A stretch of 64,000 bases of DNA from Bigelowiella natans CCMP2755 (Eukaryota; Protista; Cercozoa): the NCBI GenBank assembly GCA_000320545.1, contig ADNK01003276.1, positions 1-64,000 of the forward strand, written 5' to 3'. Below, one piece after another: positions 48,770-62,862 of this stretch. The notes under the pieces are model-generated. The model was not told where the DNA came from and made no database searches. It worked only from the letters and a program-made list of their open reading frames with translations. Positions within the stretch are counted from its first letter, which is position 1, and each line of letters starts with the position of its first letter. The position numbers and the translations under genes are program-made.

Positions 48770-49196
48770 AACTACTAATACGCTTATTCTTGAGATTCAA
48801 GAAGCTTGACAAAACAATGATTCACCGTTACATAATGATTGATGTTTTTCTCATTGTTATTATATATAGTGTTGCCTTGGATTTTATTATTAAATATATT
48901 GTTATTATTACTACTACTACCACTGAAAGAGTGAGGATCATAGCAAAGAACTCGAGGATATACTTTCACGAAACAGGTAGTAGATAGATAGATAGATAGA
49001 TAGTAGAGTATTAGTAGATATTATTAGTTCTAGTAGTAGTAGCAATAGCAGTGGATATCATGATAGGGGATAATGACTAATCAACCTACCACTACTTACC
49101 TACATACATACCTACATACATACATACCTGCTGTGTTTACTACGCCAAATAAGAAGAAGAGTATGGTGTGTTTCACCACCTAAATACTACTACTAT

Positions 49197-49228
<32 letters not shown>

Positions 49229-50900
49229 TACTTACTCACTTTTGCCAGCAGCGAGCAATGACACTGATTACTTCCACAATGATATCATATATTTTGTTGT
49301 TGTTGTTGTTGTTGTCGTCGTTTATAGGGTGGAAAAGCAGGAGATAGAGAAGCGGCACCAAGAGGAAACAACGTACTAGAATAAGAAATGTACTAAGATG
49401 ATAATACTTATCAATGTGGATAGGTGAACATATTGTCAACCCATCACCATCATTTTGTAGTGAAGATGATAGATATCAATGTACAATAATCAGTGTAATA
49501 AATACTTGCTTGCTTTTTTGCTTGCTTGCTGCTTAGTTATTTAAGAAATGAGCTGGAAGAATTAAAAACAACACAAAATGAGCAGATAAGTGAAAAGGTA
49601 TTCAATTATAGAATGAGTGATATTCAGTGAGAATTGTTGCTAATACTAGTTGTACCTAGCATATACCACTGTTAATAATACTAATAATAATAGTGAATAA
49701 TATTGCAGCTTTATCATTTTTATAATATTGTAAATGTCTATCACATAGCCGTTTTATCATCACTGTCATCATCATCATCGTCAATGCTGTATACACTATA
49801 TGATATTATATACTCCTACACATTTTGGTTGGTTTATCTCCATCTACAGCTCATTCCCTCTATCGTTGTTCGTTCTCCCCCCCTTCATGCAGGAGCACTT
49901 AATAGACGAATTAAGTGGCAAAAACACAGAGCTACTTACTGAATTGAACGGTAGAAGAAGATGAAGAAGAAGAAGAAGAAGAAGACAGAGAGAAAAACGA
50001 TACAGAGATGATGATGATGATGATGATGATGATAATGATGATTGTGATGATAATGTGATGATAGCGTGAAGAATAATATGTTATATCAAACGCTGTCAGT
50101 ATGATAACTTACATCATTATATATATTTGTAGATAAAGCATTAACTGAATCACTATTCCCTCCCCCTCCTCCTCCTCCTCCTTCTTTATTTTTGTTGTTC
50201 TTCTCAACAAGGTGTCAAAAGGCACATTCTTGAGTTAGAGCATCAGCATAAAGTACTACTACTACTGCTATTACCACTACTGCTATTACTCGTGGGCTAT
50301 AGTCAAACTTAACCCCCTCACTTCGGAAAGATCCCCTCATCAGCGCTATTTTTCTTTCTCGTCTTTCGCCTTTTTCTTATCATCGTCCTCGTCGTCTGCA
50401 TGAGAGCTGTCCTGATAATTCTCTCCTGCACTCTATCTCATCATGCTACTTCCTTCTATAATTCTTTTATGTATTCAATCTTACCATGCAATTCAAAAAG
50501 GATGGAAAAAAATAGAAAACAAGAATAAAAAAAGTAGAATTAATTACGATATCCTTTTTTCCTTGTTAGTAGTATTAGTTGTTGTTGTTATTGTTGTGTA
50601 GTAATTGTGTTGTTGTATGTATGTATGTATGTATGTATGTATGTATATTGGCATGATAAACAATAGGAATCATCAGAGGGTACCACACGACGTTTACAAG
50701 GCATTCAATCCAATCATCAACGAATGATCAATGCTCTTGAGCAGCAAGTACTAAGATGATAGAAGAAGGAGGAGAATAAAAACGAATACATCATTGGCAT
50801 ACACATGGAATATCATATGAGAATTAATACGAATGTATCATTAGCATACACATGAAATATCATTTGATTATGATACTACTACTTAAAATTAGCAGCGATA

Positions 50901-50933
<33 letters not shown>

Positions 50934-51449
50934 GTGATGAGTTAAGAAAATAATTATCATAATTTTGAAGAAGATGATGATGAAAAAGGATGAAATATAT
51001 AGATGATGATGATGATGATGATGATGATTATGGTGAAATAAAGGAGAAGGAGAAGAAACGAATAAGCATGATAATGATGATGATGACGACGACGATCAAG
51101 ACTGAAAAATGTGTATGATGATGATGTGTATAAATACAAATATACAATATAATACATATATTTGTATAATAAAGTATGTAAATGTTGGTGTGTTTTTAAC
51201 AATGTATTATGTTGTTGTTGTTGTTGTTTTTATTATTGTGATACTACTACTACTACTAATAATAATAATAATAATAATAATATATAAGAACGAACAGGAA
51301 AAGAGTGAATTATTAGCGCTAATCGAAGAGCTGCGTCGAAAGAAAAGTCAGTACTAGTAGTAGTAGTAGTAGTAGCAGTTGTTGTTGTTGTTGTTGTTGT
51401 TGGCTAACCCAGACATGGTATTGGTAGTAGAGGGGGGGGGGGGGGGGGG

Positions 51450-51492
<43 letters not shown>

Positions 51493-51913
51493 ACTGTACT
51501 ACAATCTGGTGTTATAAATTGTTGTGTGTGTTGTTGGGGTACTGCTGTAAAACACTAAGAGCGAGGAGAATGCGAGGACACTCCGACGGCAAAACAACCG
51601 AATGAAACAAGTTATGGGTACAAAGGAGAGGCAGGTTATTATTATTTACCAAATAGTAGTACCTGTTATTCTCTCTCTTTCTTTCTCTTTCTCTCTCTTT
51701 CTACTCCCCTTAACGGCGAGCGGAGAGAGTAATACGATAAAATCACACAGAAACATTGCCGTACTATCTTAGTAGCACCTCCTTATAGTTATGCAGCCTC
51801 ATAATGAATCATATTTTTCATTATTTGAGTAGTGAAATCATGATGTTGTAGTAGTAGTACATTAAGGAAATACTGCCTACCTGCCTACCTATCTACCAAC
51901 GATGTGACCATGG

Positions 51914-51944
<31 letters not shown>

Positions 51945-52271
51945 GCTATACTTTTAGATTGAATCTCTCAAAGCTAAAATAGCAGCAGTAACACCGCCAA
52001 CAAATAAGTTGAAATTTGATGGGAAATCATCATCATCGCGTATTAGTAGTAGTAGTAGTAGTAGTAGCAATAGCAATGCTGTTCATAAAAGCAGTAGCAG
52101 CAGCAGCAAAAGCAGTTACACGGAGGATTTCCAAAAGATCATAAGGCAGCTACGAGAAGAAATTCGTGATAAAGATGTTGTTTTAGCATCATTACGGAAA
52201 GTACTGCCAAGCCACTACTACAAATACTACTATATGTCTTCTTCTTCTTCTTCTTCCTTAAAGTCGTAGCC

Positions 52272-52309
<38 letters not shown>

Positions 52310-53353
52310 AAATCACGTAGTACGATGATGAATGATAATGTTGATGGCATTATTTGTGACAACGACGATAACGATAATGGTGGGTGATGACGATGATGAT
52401 GACGACGACAATAGGCTAAACTTTGAAATATATCTAACGCATATACTATAACTATGATGATGATAGAGAAATGTATAGGTAGGTAGGAATGACGACTCGT
52501 CTCTTCATGCGCTTTATGATCATCATCATCTTCACCATCCTCACCATCCTCACCATCTTCACCATCTTATTGTAGTCCTTAGATGATAAGAAGCCGTCAG
52601 AGGAAGATATTGCAGCAATATCAGCCACCACCACGCCGTCATTGGCAGGTGGAAGAGGAGGAGATCTCTCATACTTCAAGAATGTGTTCATGAAGTATTA
52701 AATATTAGTTCCTACATTTATCTAAAATACGTTAACTAATCATCCTCCTCCCACTCCTATTCATCTTTCTCGTCTTTATCTTCTTTCTTCTCTTCTCTTC
52801 TAAGATAATGATATAGATAACGATGATGATGATAATGGTGATAATGATTCTGTTTTGTACTATCATCTTCTTTAACCATGAATAAGAAATATGTCGTACC
52901 AAATATTCACCCCCCCACCACCACCACCACCACCATCATCATTATCACCATAACTACAGGTACCTAGAGAAGAAAGACAATCATGGACCTGATCTACTAG
53001 AGTCAATATGTAGGGTATGAGTAAGATGATGATAATGATGGACGATGATGAATGATTCTGATTCTTGATGCTTTTATGCGAAGAAGTATATATTTAATGA
53101 TACGATGCTGAATTCCTATTGCAGGAAGAAGCATGAAAATATACTATTTAATCTGAAAATTGCATTACACAGAGAAAGTAAAGCAAAAACCTTCTGCTAC
53201 ATGCATATGTACATTCACTTATACGTCTACACATACATGTCGCAGGTACTGAAGCTAAACGAAGAAGAAACCAAACGTATCAAAGATGCTCAATCAGGGT
53301 GCTGCTGCTTATATCATATCGTCTTTATGTTTTATATGTTTGTGTTTGTGTTT

Positions 53354-53394
<41 letters not shown>

Positions 53395-53575
53395 AATTTG
53401 AAAAAATAAACTACTCTGTACATTATGACTCTTATCATACTGTTACAATACATAAATGCCTTAGAATTACGACTTATCATTCCTAGAGTATTAGAAATGA
53501 ACGAACGCTATGATGCGTAGGTCATGGATACCGATGATGAAAGAAATTGGTGGAATGGCGAAAGGAATATTCTGA
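45421..53575 (+). CDS. Long coiled-coil golgin with C-terminal GRIP domain (GCC2/GCC185-like)
   Basis: Many Glu/Lys heptad exons. C-terminal exons DLSYFKNVFMK|YLEKKDNHGPDLLESICR|VLKLNEEETKRI..SWIPM match GRIP (conserved Tyr, KNV, terminal Trp). N-terminal DDLISLCMQQ resembles the GCC2 N-terminus. Confidence 0.75.
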
Positions 53576-53579
53576 CAAA

Positions 53580-54890
53580 TGGCATCATTGCAGTGCGTAA
53601 TGCGTGCCTTTTTAGTCATGCAGCCACAAAGAAGTAGAGCAATCATCAAAGATCCGAAATGCACAAATGTGTCTAGACGATGTGCTGCGTGCTACGTGGC
53701 ATGCACATAGGTCGCAGTGCCCATCACATCACATGCATGCACGCATGTCTAGCAGATGCACGCCAGCGGGCTAGCGGGTTTGTCGTGCATGCACTACATA
53801 GTTGCGCCTGCTGTTCGCTAGTTCGTGCGCACTTAGCTTATTGTGAGCAGAGCAGTGTCGTACATTTCAATGGCGCACACGTCTGAACACGCAGTCACAT
53901 TGTACACTGCATGCTAGCATGCGCATGGCTAGATGGGACTGCAAATCACAGTCGTCATGGTCATCATGGCATGTACTAGATGTAAGTGAACGCACATGCA
54001 AATGCGCCACCCACACAACTCTGGAGCTGGATGGCACTGGCAACGCTGCAACGACACGATGCGCCCACATCATGCACTGCTCTGCTAGCTAGCGTACACA
54101 AGTCCGTCAAACCCGGTAACGACGGGGTTGTGAACAGTGCAGCGCTTTGCGACGCGCTTTGAAGCAGCAGGCAGTTGCAGTTAGTCAAAGAAAAGTCATC
54201 AGAACTTGTCCGATGGCCAAACCTGAAAAAATGACCGAAATGTTGACCAAAATTCCACAGCATGTCCATTTTCAAGGCCTCAAGCTGTGAAAATTCACAC
54301 CCGTTGTGTAGCGGATGCACGCTGCGCGTTTGTTCTCTGCCACATTTTAAATGCTAGAATGCTTTTGCGTGTGCGTTATTTGACCAAATGTGATATGCAC
54401 GAAAAATTTCAAAGAAATGCGAGAAAATATAATGTCTGTTGCATCACATGACGCGCTTGGTCGCGTGCAACAGCTTCCAAATGCACATTCTGGCGATTCG
54501 TTACAGGTTTGACGGACTTGTGTAGTAGTGCTGCTGGACTGTCGTCAGCACTAGCTAGCCTAAGCGCTTCGTGCGAAAAGAAAGCGTGCATGCTTGCATT
54601 TATTGCAAGGCCGCCTGCTTAGCTCACTTGCGCTTTTCGCCTAGCTAGCTAGTCATGCACGTCTACAGATGTCGTGCGACGCACGACGACACTGCACGCA
54701 CAGTGATCGCTAGATCGACGTGCAGCCACACGACGCTTACTTCACATCGCTAGCACTACACAGACAACAATCGGCAGCGCTAGAGCGCTAGATGTTGGCA
54801 CAGCATCGCTTTTATGCGTGTGTCCACGGTGGACGACATTGCATGCAAAAATCTTTCGTTTTTCAAAGATCCAAATCGTTCTTCTAGCTT
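53580..54890. other. TpA-depleted, TG/CA- and CTAG-rich spacer between convergent golgin and DNase II genes
   Basis: Dense TGCA, CATG and GCGC. Many surviving TAs lie in CTAG, e.g. CTAGCTAGCTAG at 54641. Confidence 0.85.
54095..54524. mobile_element. MITE with ~26-bp terminal inverted repeats and TA flanks (Tc1/mariner-type signature)
   Basis: TA|CACAAGTCCGTCAAACCCGGTAACGA (54095-54122) pairs with TCGTTACAGGTTTGACGGACTTGTG|TA (54498-54524). About 430 bp, non-coding. Confidence 0.75.
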
Positions 54891-55062
54891 TTCGTAAAAA
54901 ATCTGAAATGGTGACAAGGTCTAGAAGGTAGTCTAGTAGTGCGCATACTACATATTATGGCCGATAATTGTATGGTGTTCCCACATTGCATGACAAACGG
55001 CATCATTATTAGCTTATTTGTGTGGTGTGTGTACGCGTTTGAGGCAGGTTTTTATATCAAAT

Positions 55063-56913
55063 TTAGCATGAATCTTGATCAACAACCCCATCCATGAAAG
55101 CTCCATGAACCTGATAAAAACCATAATCGATTCGACTCTTCCATACTGACATTAGTAGCATCGCTACAAGGTAGTTTTCACCCAAATGTTTTCACCCAAA
55201 TTTCCTTATCATGAGAAGCATCATATTACTACTACTACTACTACTACTACCTGGGAATTGGACTGGCACACTGTTCCCCCCCCTCGCTTTGTCTGTGATG
55301 TTTGTCGGTTGATATCACCAACGCACACCCATTTGCTCCTTCCAGAAGTAGAAATTGCCCATTTGGAATGATCTTGGTTGATAGTCCAATCATCGTCTCC
55401 AAGTTTCATTTCTTTCACATCGACGACATCATATTTCTTGCCATCCGCTTTGCAGTAGCTGTATTATATGTTGTCAACAACAACACTATCAGATTTTATT
55501 GATAATACATGAAAAGACAGAAAGAGAGTACTCCGGAGTAGGAGAAAGCACACATACTACTGGAATATAATAAACGCTGATATCCCCTCCCTGTGTTTTA
55601 ACAACACTCACACACTCGCAGGATGCAATAGTAGCTTTTATACTGATTATTATCATATATTGAAAGCATTTACTTTTGTCGATTCGATGATACTTATAAT
55701 AATAGCATATGTGGTGTTTGTGTTATTGATGATTGTCTCCGAAGATGTAGTCGTTGAAAAGTTGGTGATTGTGTGTGTCATACGCTCCGATGTCTCCTCC
55801 TCCGTTTTGCCACGTTTCAGCTAAAAGATCCGCATTTAACTCAGGAGCAACCTATCAACAACAGCAGAATAATTACTAAGGTAAAAGCACTGTGAATCGC
55901 CGCCGCGTATGATAGCTTGAAACAAATGAAGTGATGATGATGATGATGATGATGATGATGCCTCAGACAATACATCTTGTGATGTTTTACCAGATCCTCA
56001 TACAAATCCTTGCCCCAATCACGACTTTTGGCGATATGTTTGAAGTGGACGCCGCCCTTGGATGTAATGCTTATTGCGTTGGAATCGGTCTGAGAAGACA
56101 ATAATCATCGTCATCATAAGTTTAATGATAACAATGGTTAAAACAACTAGAATAATGATTAAAACAACAATTGGGGTTATTTGTAACAAGTATCAGCCAT
56201 TTTTGACAACCACATAAAACACAGTACTAACAAGTAGTTGTGAAAGAGTACTAGTCCCATTAACGTACAAATATTCTTCTAGCACATCATTTATGATCAA
56301 CTTTCTTTTACTTTCTTCTTAATCTTTTTACGATTACTATATGGTGCAAATGATAGTTACCTCTGTGTTTTTACCATCAAACCAATCAGCTATTCCAGGA
56401 GCTTTGGAAGCAAGGGAATCCGATATGTACGAATCGTACATGTAAGGTCTGGTCATCTAGGAAGATGATTGTAGATGATGATTCAAAAAGGTGGTGAAGA
56501 AGGCATCGATGAAGAAGAAAACAACTACATGAAACTACTTTCAATGTTCAAATGAGTCCTAAACAAGTACTCCTCCTCCTCCTCCTCATCATCATCATCA
56601 CCATCTGTTAGATCTACCTGTTGTTGTTGGCCAATGCTATCAAACTGCGAAGTTGACATCGTTATGCAGAGGAATGATTGTCCGTACCGATAATCAGGCA
56701 GCCCTTCATATCTACATACAACAACAAAAATATATTAATCCACACATAAATGTAGTAGCATTTGTTGTATGATCAACGTTGCTGTTTGCTGCTGCATCAT
56801 CTATCTGTCCCATGTTTGCCTAATACCCACTAGCACAACACCACAATGTAGCATGTACGAAGTAGGTGCTACAACAAACACACACATGCATTATTTCATT
56901 CATTCTTTCAACT

Positions 56914-56945
<32 letters not shown>

Positions 56946-56977
56946 GGTATTGCCTGCTTTTCTAATGTCCCTCTTAT

Positions 56978-57012
<35 letters not shown>

Positions 57013-57271
57013 AAGTACTACATCAATTACTACTACTAGTGGTAGAAGTACTCACCCTTTAGAAGGGGAATTGGGCCATTTAGGCATTGAATGAATGAGC
57101 CAGAAACCAGAGGATGTATCAAATGCAATCACACCCTTTGAGTGAGCGTCATACGTAGATTTCTTACCTAGAAGAAGGGGAGGGGGTGGGGGGGGAAGGA
57201 AGAATGAGCACAAGCGACGATGAGTAGGAAAAGTAGATACGGTTGTAGAATCATCAGCAGCATTTCATAGT

Positions 57272-57318
<47 letters not shown>

Positions 57319-57787
57319 GTGCGTGCATCACTATCCATCATTTTCATCACCACCACATACCAAAGCACCAGCCTAACAACAAACGTTATTATTCGTGATT
57401 ACTACAACTCTACTACCATCAGGATGCTCATCGTTATAGAAAGCATACGCAATATCACCGCTGGTAGCTGACGTCAAGTTGTACCTAGCAATTCAATCAA
57501 AGATGATTAAAACCACATGCATGCAAGCAACACTTTCATCACTATATGATAATAATACTAATACTACTACTAATAATCATAGACGGAGATAATGCCAGAA
57601 TTAAGCAATTTACAATCAATCTTGTTCTTTTGGTTGATATTCTGTCATTAGACTTTTCCCCCGTATCGTATGTAAGTATCCTCTTTCCCCTCTCTCCTTC
57701 TTTCCTCTTTTGGATTGTATATAATTCTTCTGTTCCTTCCCCTTCTCCTTTTTCTCCCCACTTTTGGCAGTGATATGATGATTAGTG

Positions 57788-57820
<33 letters not shown>

Positions 57821-58393
57821 CCTCGATACGTTATTCCGTTGTAGACTGTACTTATCAGCCGTTGTGTTATTGTCAAAAAAGATTGACTCATCGGTGTGAT
57901 TCACAAACATGAATTCCGATTCATACACCTATAAAGACGACGAGCGCAAAATGAATCATCATCATCATCATCATCATCAACCGTATTAGTAAGCAGAATA
58001 AGACTATTACTAGTATTACCTGCATGAGAGTGCTTACAATTGATCCTCCAGATGTTTTGTCCAGAGAGTGAGAAGAAACCTTGAATGATGACTGCGATTT
58101 CGCATCCAAGTAAGAGTAGGCAAAACCTAACATTTGGAGGGCAGCAGCAGCAGCAGCATTGTGAGCACCAGTATTATTGACCAATGGAAAGAGAGAATGG
58201 TGGCAAAATAAATACTCTACGCCCCAATTTTATAAGTATCTCAGGAAGTAGTACAAGTACTGCTACTAGTACCATCGTTGTGCTTGATAGCTACAAACCA
58301 GTCCACAGGTCGGCCGCTCTCATCCTTACACCCAAGAGAACCCATTGCACTCGGTAGGAGGCTCGATGCGAGCAATAAGATAGCAGACAACAT
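55063..58393 (-). CDS. DNASE2: Deoxyribonuclease II (acid DNase, PLD superfamily), secreted or lysosomal
   Basis: Signal peptide MLSAILLLASSLLPSAMG then LGCKDESGRPVDW. Motifs FYNDE, AHSKGVIAFD..GFWLIHSMPKWP, YGQSFLC, DLYEDL, ETWQ, DHSKWA, CVGDINRQTSQTKRGGGTVC. Confidence 0.95.
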
Positions 58394-58824
58394 CGAATAT
58401 TTCTGAGGTATTGAATGGGTGAGGCAGTAGCTTGTAAGAAGTATTCCAATTTATTGAACAACAGCATCATGGTGTGTATGGGGGGTGTGGGCATGTACAT
58501 GGTGGACTTTTAACGATTTTATGTCCGACTACTGTGTGCAAAGTAAGACTTATCTTGTACGGAACTACTGCTAATATATGTAAAATGCAGACTACTATTA
58601 ATATTACGATATAAATATTTATGTCGCTACAAAATTTTACCATCTTACCTTCCCTTTCGATACCGGTAATGAATCACCGGGTCTTCATTCGGATCTAGGG
58701 ATTTTATTGATATGATTTTATTGTCGCATGTATTAAATGTCATTGGTTCGTATGGTTTTGATCAACTACGTCTTTGATAATAAGACATAATAAAAATGCT
58801 TCCGAACTCCTCCTCCCTGTGAGC

Positions 58825-59119
58825 ATGGGAGCAGCTGCAGGATGCACAAGGGGAGGGAGTGTAAGGAAACCCCCACTGCACCAGCTAGCAGATATTAATA
58901 CGGCGAACGATATTACTCTCACAAAAGGTAGAGTCGGAGAACACATGACAATCCCTTCCAAGTCGTAGCATGCATCATCAATCAATAGCTACTACAGCTC
59001 CATTCGAGTAATCCTGCAAGTCATGTAGCTGTCTTATCGATTTATCAGTACTACTGCATACCTGTTGTGTTACCAACTATCCCATTTCGAACGTATACAT
59101 ACATATATACATATATATA

Positions 59120-59161
<42 letters not shown>

Positions 59162-61934
59162 GGACAAGCCGATCGGGTGAGACAAATGATCGTGAGGGAG
59201 GAAAAAGACAGGGGCAAGAAGGAACAACGGCTTCTTGGAGGAGGAGGAGGCTGCAAGGTGTGGTAGCAGAAGTTATGGATAATTAGCTGTTGATGGAACA
59301 TTCTTTGCGCATGTATGTAAACATACACAAAGATACGGAGAGGACACACACACATACACACCCACATCTATGTATATTAATATATTATATTTTCGATGTG
59401 GATACATCATCCACGGGAGATACCCACACATGTCGACCAAAAGATACACTGTGACATTACATTGCTAATGTAGAATTCAACGTCGCTCTTCAAATGATAG
59501 CATTTGCTGATTTGCTGCATATTGATGTCGTTCGTCTTAAATTAAATCAGCGGCAAGGAAGTGATGGTGCCTGCTTCCCTTCTTCGTCTCAACGTTTCTC
59601 TACTTCATCGTCATTAATATCTGCATCAAGCAGTGACAGGAAAAGGACGCAGCAGCAGCAGCAGCAGTCATTATCTTCTTCCTCGTCCTCTTCATTATTA
59701 TCATCATCATCTTCTCCCTCCCTCTTTCAAAGAGGATTTGTAGCAAACAGAACCATCGACTACTGTAATCTCGTAGGAGGAGGAGATCCAGAAGGGTGTT
59801 TTGAACAACCACAAGATGCTTCTCCTCCAGGCATGAATGAAAATGAGATTTTTGAGTTCTACGAGCATAGCAGCAGCAAAGACAACATACAAGATGGTAA
59901 CGTGAGGACAGCTGCTTTGGAACGAAAGGTAGTATAATACCGACAATGCAATACCATACACATTCATTAAATATTTTGTAACTTCTATGGATATTTAGGT
60001 AATACACATGCATAACTTTTATCCCCCCCCCCCCTCTCTCTCTAATCTGACCCTAACGTAAAACCCTCGCATAGGATACTCATATCAATATTCATTATTC
60101 TCCTTGAAATTATTATCTGTCAGCTTGCAGTTGCGGAAGCGTGGAACAAGCGTTTATTGAAAGAAAATCGCAGTCTTTCTTGCAAGCTGAAGAAGTGTGG
60201 AGAGACAAACGAAACCCTTAAAATCAGGTGGCAGCGTTTGATGCCTTTGATCAGCAAGCTGCTAAGCACTACCACTCCTTATGAATATACTGCACAACGG
60301 AGTTATCATGATTCTACGGCTTGTTTAGCAAGACCTACAACTACTACTACTAATACTGCTACTACTACTACTTCTCCGCAACAGAGAAATAGAATTGGTG
60401 ATGCAATAGCCAAGATCATCTACACTGTTCATCCAATCCTCACGAAATCAAAAGATGCTTCAGCTATGATTGAAACAACTAGTAATTCATCATCATCGTC
60501 ATCACCATCATCATTACCACCATCATCTAATCAAATGGCCAGTAGCATAAACGACAGCAATCCTACTTCAACAACCCCCACGGAGACCGTAAAGTGGAAG
60601 AAGAAAAGGAAGAAGAACCAACAATGTAGTGCCTCCAGCAAAAAGGATGAGCATTCTCCACTTGATATTGGTGATGGTGGCGACGAAGAACATGAAGCTT
60701 GCAGCAGCAGCAGCAGCAGCAGCAATGAATATGGAAAAGAGGGCAAGGGGTATTCCATCAATACAACTGAAAAGAAAGAAGAGGAGAAAAAGAGAGACTA
60801 CGAGATTATACCAGTAAGTGAAAAGCAGCAGCAGCAGTCATCACCTCTTGATTCATTAATGCCAGCAGTATCATCACCCACTTCCCCAAAACAATATATA
60901 CAACTATCAGCAGCAACAACAGAGTCATCATCACCATCGCAACCAGTGCCAAGATCATTATCGCTGTCGTCATTATCAAAAACTTCAAAGTCATCCATAC
61001 TTCGCTCGACTGGAGAGGAAGAGGATATGCTTCAACACCCTCCTATAAGATGCCCCACCAGCACCACCACCACCACCACGAAGAAGAAAAAGAAGAGGAG
61101 GAAGAAACCAGCAGCATTCTTAAAAACTTCAACTAGTTTGGACATTCCAAGGGAGATAAATAGGAATAGCAAGAAATACAGCAGGAGCAGTACTTCCTTC
61201 ATAAAAGAACCAGCAGCTTTCATACAAGCTTCTAAAAGCACGGAGAGCATAAAGACAAAGAAGAAGACAAATAGAAGTACAGCTTCGATGAGAAAAGGTA
61301 ATAAACGACACATCTCTCTGTAACTGATGATGATTATGATGATGATGATGATGATGATGACGATGACGACGATGATCAAAGCACGCAAAAGGCTGAACGA
61401 TTTGTAAGGGATAAACTACTACTATATGTGCTCTTACGCATCGAATCACTCGCAACAACCGTTTGAGCATTCTTATTTCTTCCAGAATTACATACTATCT
61501 ATGTATGTTTCTGCTGATCGGTGCAAACATTTACTTGTCTCACAAAAGGGGTATACCAACAAAACAAGTATGGAACAGCAGTAGTCAAGACGCCGACAAA
61601 GAAAGCTAATGAGGCGGCTTTTAAACGGTCCTCTGAAGATTTTGTATCTTCCAATGGCGAAAAAACTTCTTTTGAAAACAGTAAGACGTATAAGCAACTG
61701 ATGAGGGAAAAAGGACTATATTCTACCATATCTCGAGGAAGTAGCAAACTAAGCAAATATATTACTAGAAGAAATACGAAATCAGGGGTTGATGATGCAC
61801 GAATAGGTAGCAGTGGCGAACTTAGTTATTCACAGCAGCGCCGACAGCAGCAGAAGAAGCACAGAGTAGGTCTGAAGACCAAGCAAAAGAGTAGTAGCGC
61901 TGCGTGTAATAACGTGTATGCTGGTCTCACCTAA
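58825..61934 (+). CDS. Low-complexity Ser/Thr/Lys-rich hypothetical protein with short coiled coil
   Basis: In-frame spliced exons MGAAAGCTRGG..TK|GQADRVRQ..CK|RQGSDG..ALERK|LAVAEAWNKRLLKENRSL.. (exon of about 400 codons). Terminal ORF ends at 61934; the last junction is unresolved. Confidence 0.6.
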
Positions 61935-62074
61935 TAGTGAGTTATGCCACCTGCGTCATCTAAGACTTTTCAAAGTTATATGATAATCGAAGCACCTATG
62001 CCGACAAACGGGGTTCATAGTGCATGCACACTCCAATAACTTAGTATCTTATAGAATCTGGTGACTATTCACCA

Positions 62075-62240
62075 CAGCAAGCTAGCAAGCTGCTAGTACA
62101 CCGCAAATAACAGCAAGGTGCATGCATCTCGTGCATGATGATGTCTACATGTTTCATTTCGTGCGTGTCGTTTAGCGTCCGTCAGTAGAGCGCTCCTAGC
62201 CACATCATATATGTCATCACACAGGACATACATGTACGCC
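62075..62240. other. Short TG/CA-enriched core of a convergent spacer
   Basis: GCTAGCAAGCTGCTAG..GTGCATGCATCTCGTGCATG..CGTGCGTGTCG. Weaker version of the other convergent tracts. Confidence 0.55.
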
Positions 62241-62416
62241 AAACTTCCACGTTTTGATTGATTATCGTGTAAATATAGCAGAGGCATTGTGCATCAGCTA
62301 AATAAACAGGCAGATGATGCAGGCTATGGCGATAAAGATAGATTGTAAAGCCTTTGTGCGGGTTGTATACGTACATGGCATGGAGCTTGAATATAGAGGA
62401 AACACCCCATGGTTGA

Positions 62417-62828
62417 TCATGCACCAGACTCATCATAATCACCACGGTAGAAAGCTCTGAAGAGCCTATCAAAACGACTACAGCATTTATACCATTGATG
62501 AAAGTATAGCTGGGCCATCAGCGTTATTCCAAGCACAAAGTTCATCCAAACTAATATATTGCCCCTAAATAGTAGTACAAGTAAGCAGTTGTTTCAATGC
62601 AATGAGCAGGTATAGTTTCTCATGGGAAGAAGTGGTTATAGTAGTAGCAGTAGTAGTGAAAATGCATTATGAGACGAAGAGGCATGGAGGTTTTGTTCTT
62701 GCTGATGTTAACTCTCATATTCGAATGTATACAGAATTAGGTCTCTCTTTCATTGCCTGAAATAATAAAGTGTATGTTATACTTTTCCTTAGACTTTGTC
62801 GTCGTCATCAAACTGTCTTATTTACCTT

Positions 62829-62862
<34 letters not shown>

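Noticed and set aside
55063-58393. DNase II as the effector of the TpA purge
   Set aside because: It has a signal peptide and typical lysosomal acid-nuclease motifs. No deaminase or TET/JBP gene is visible in this window, so any effector must be encoded elsewhere.
60040-60068. Interstitial telomere-like ACCCTAAC
   Set aside because: Only one perfect unit, within an intron; expected by chance.
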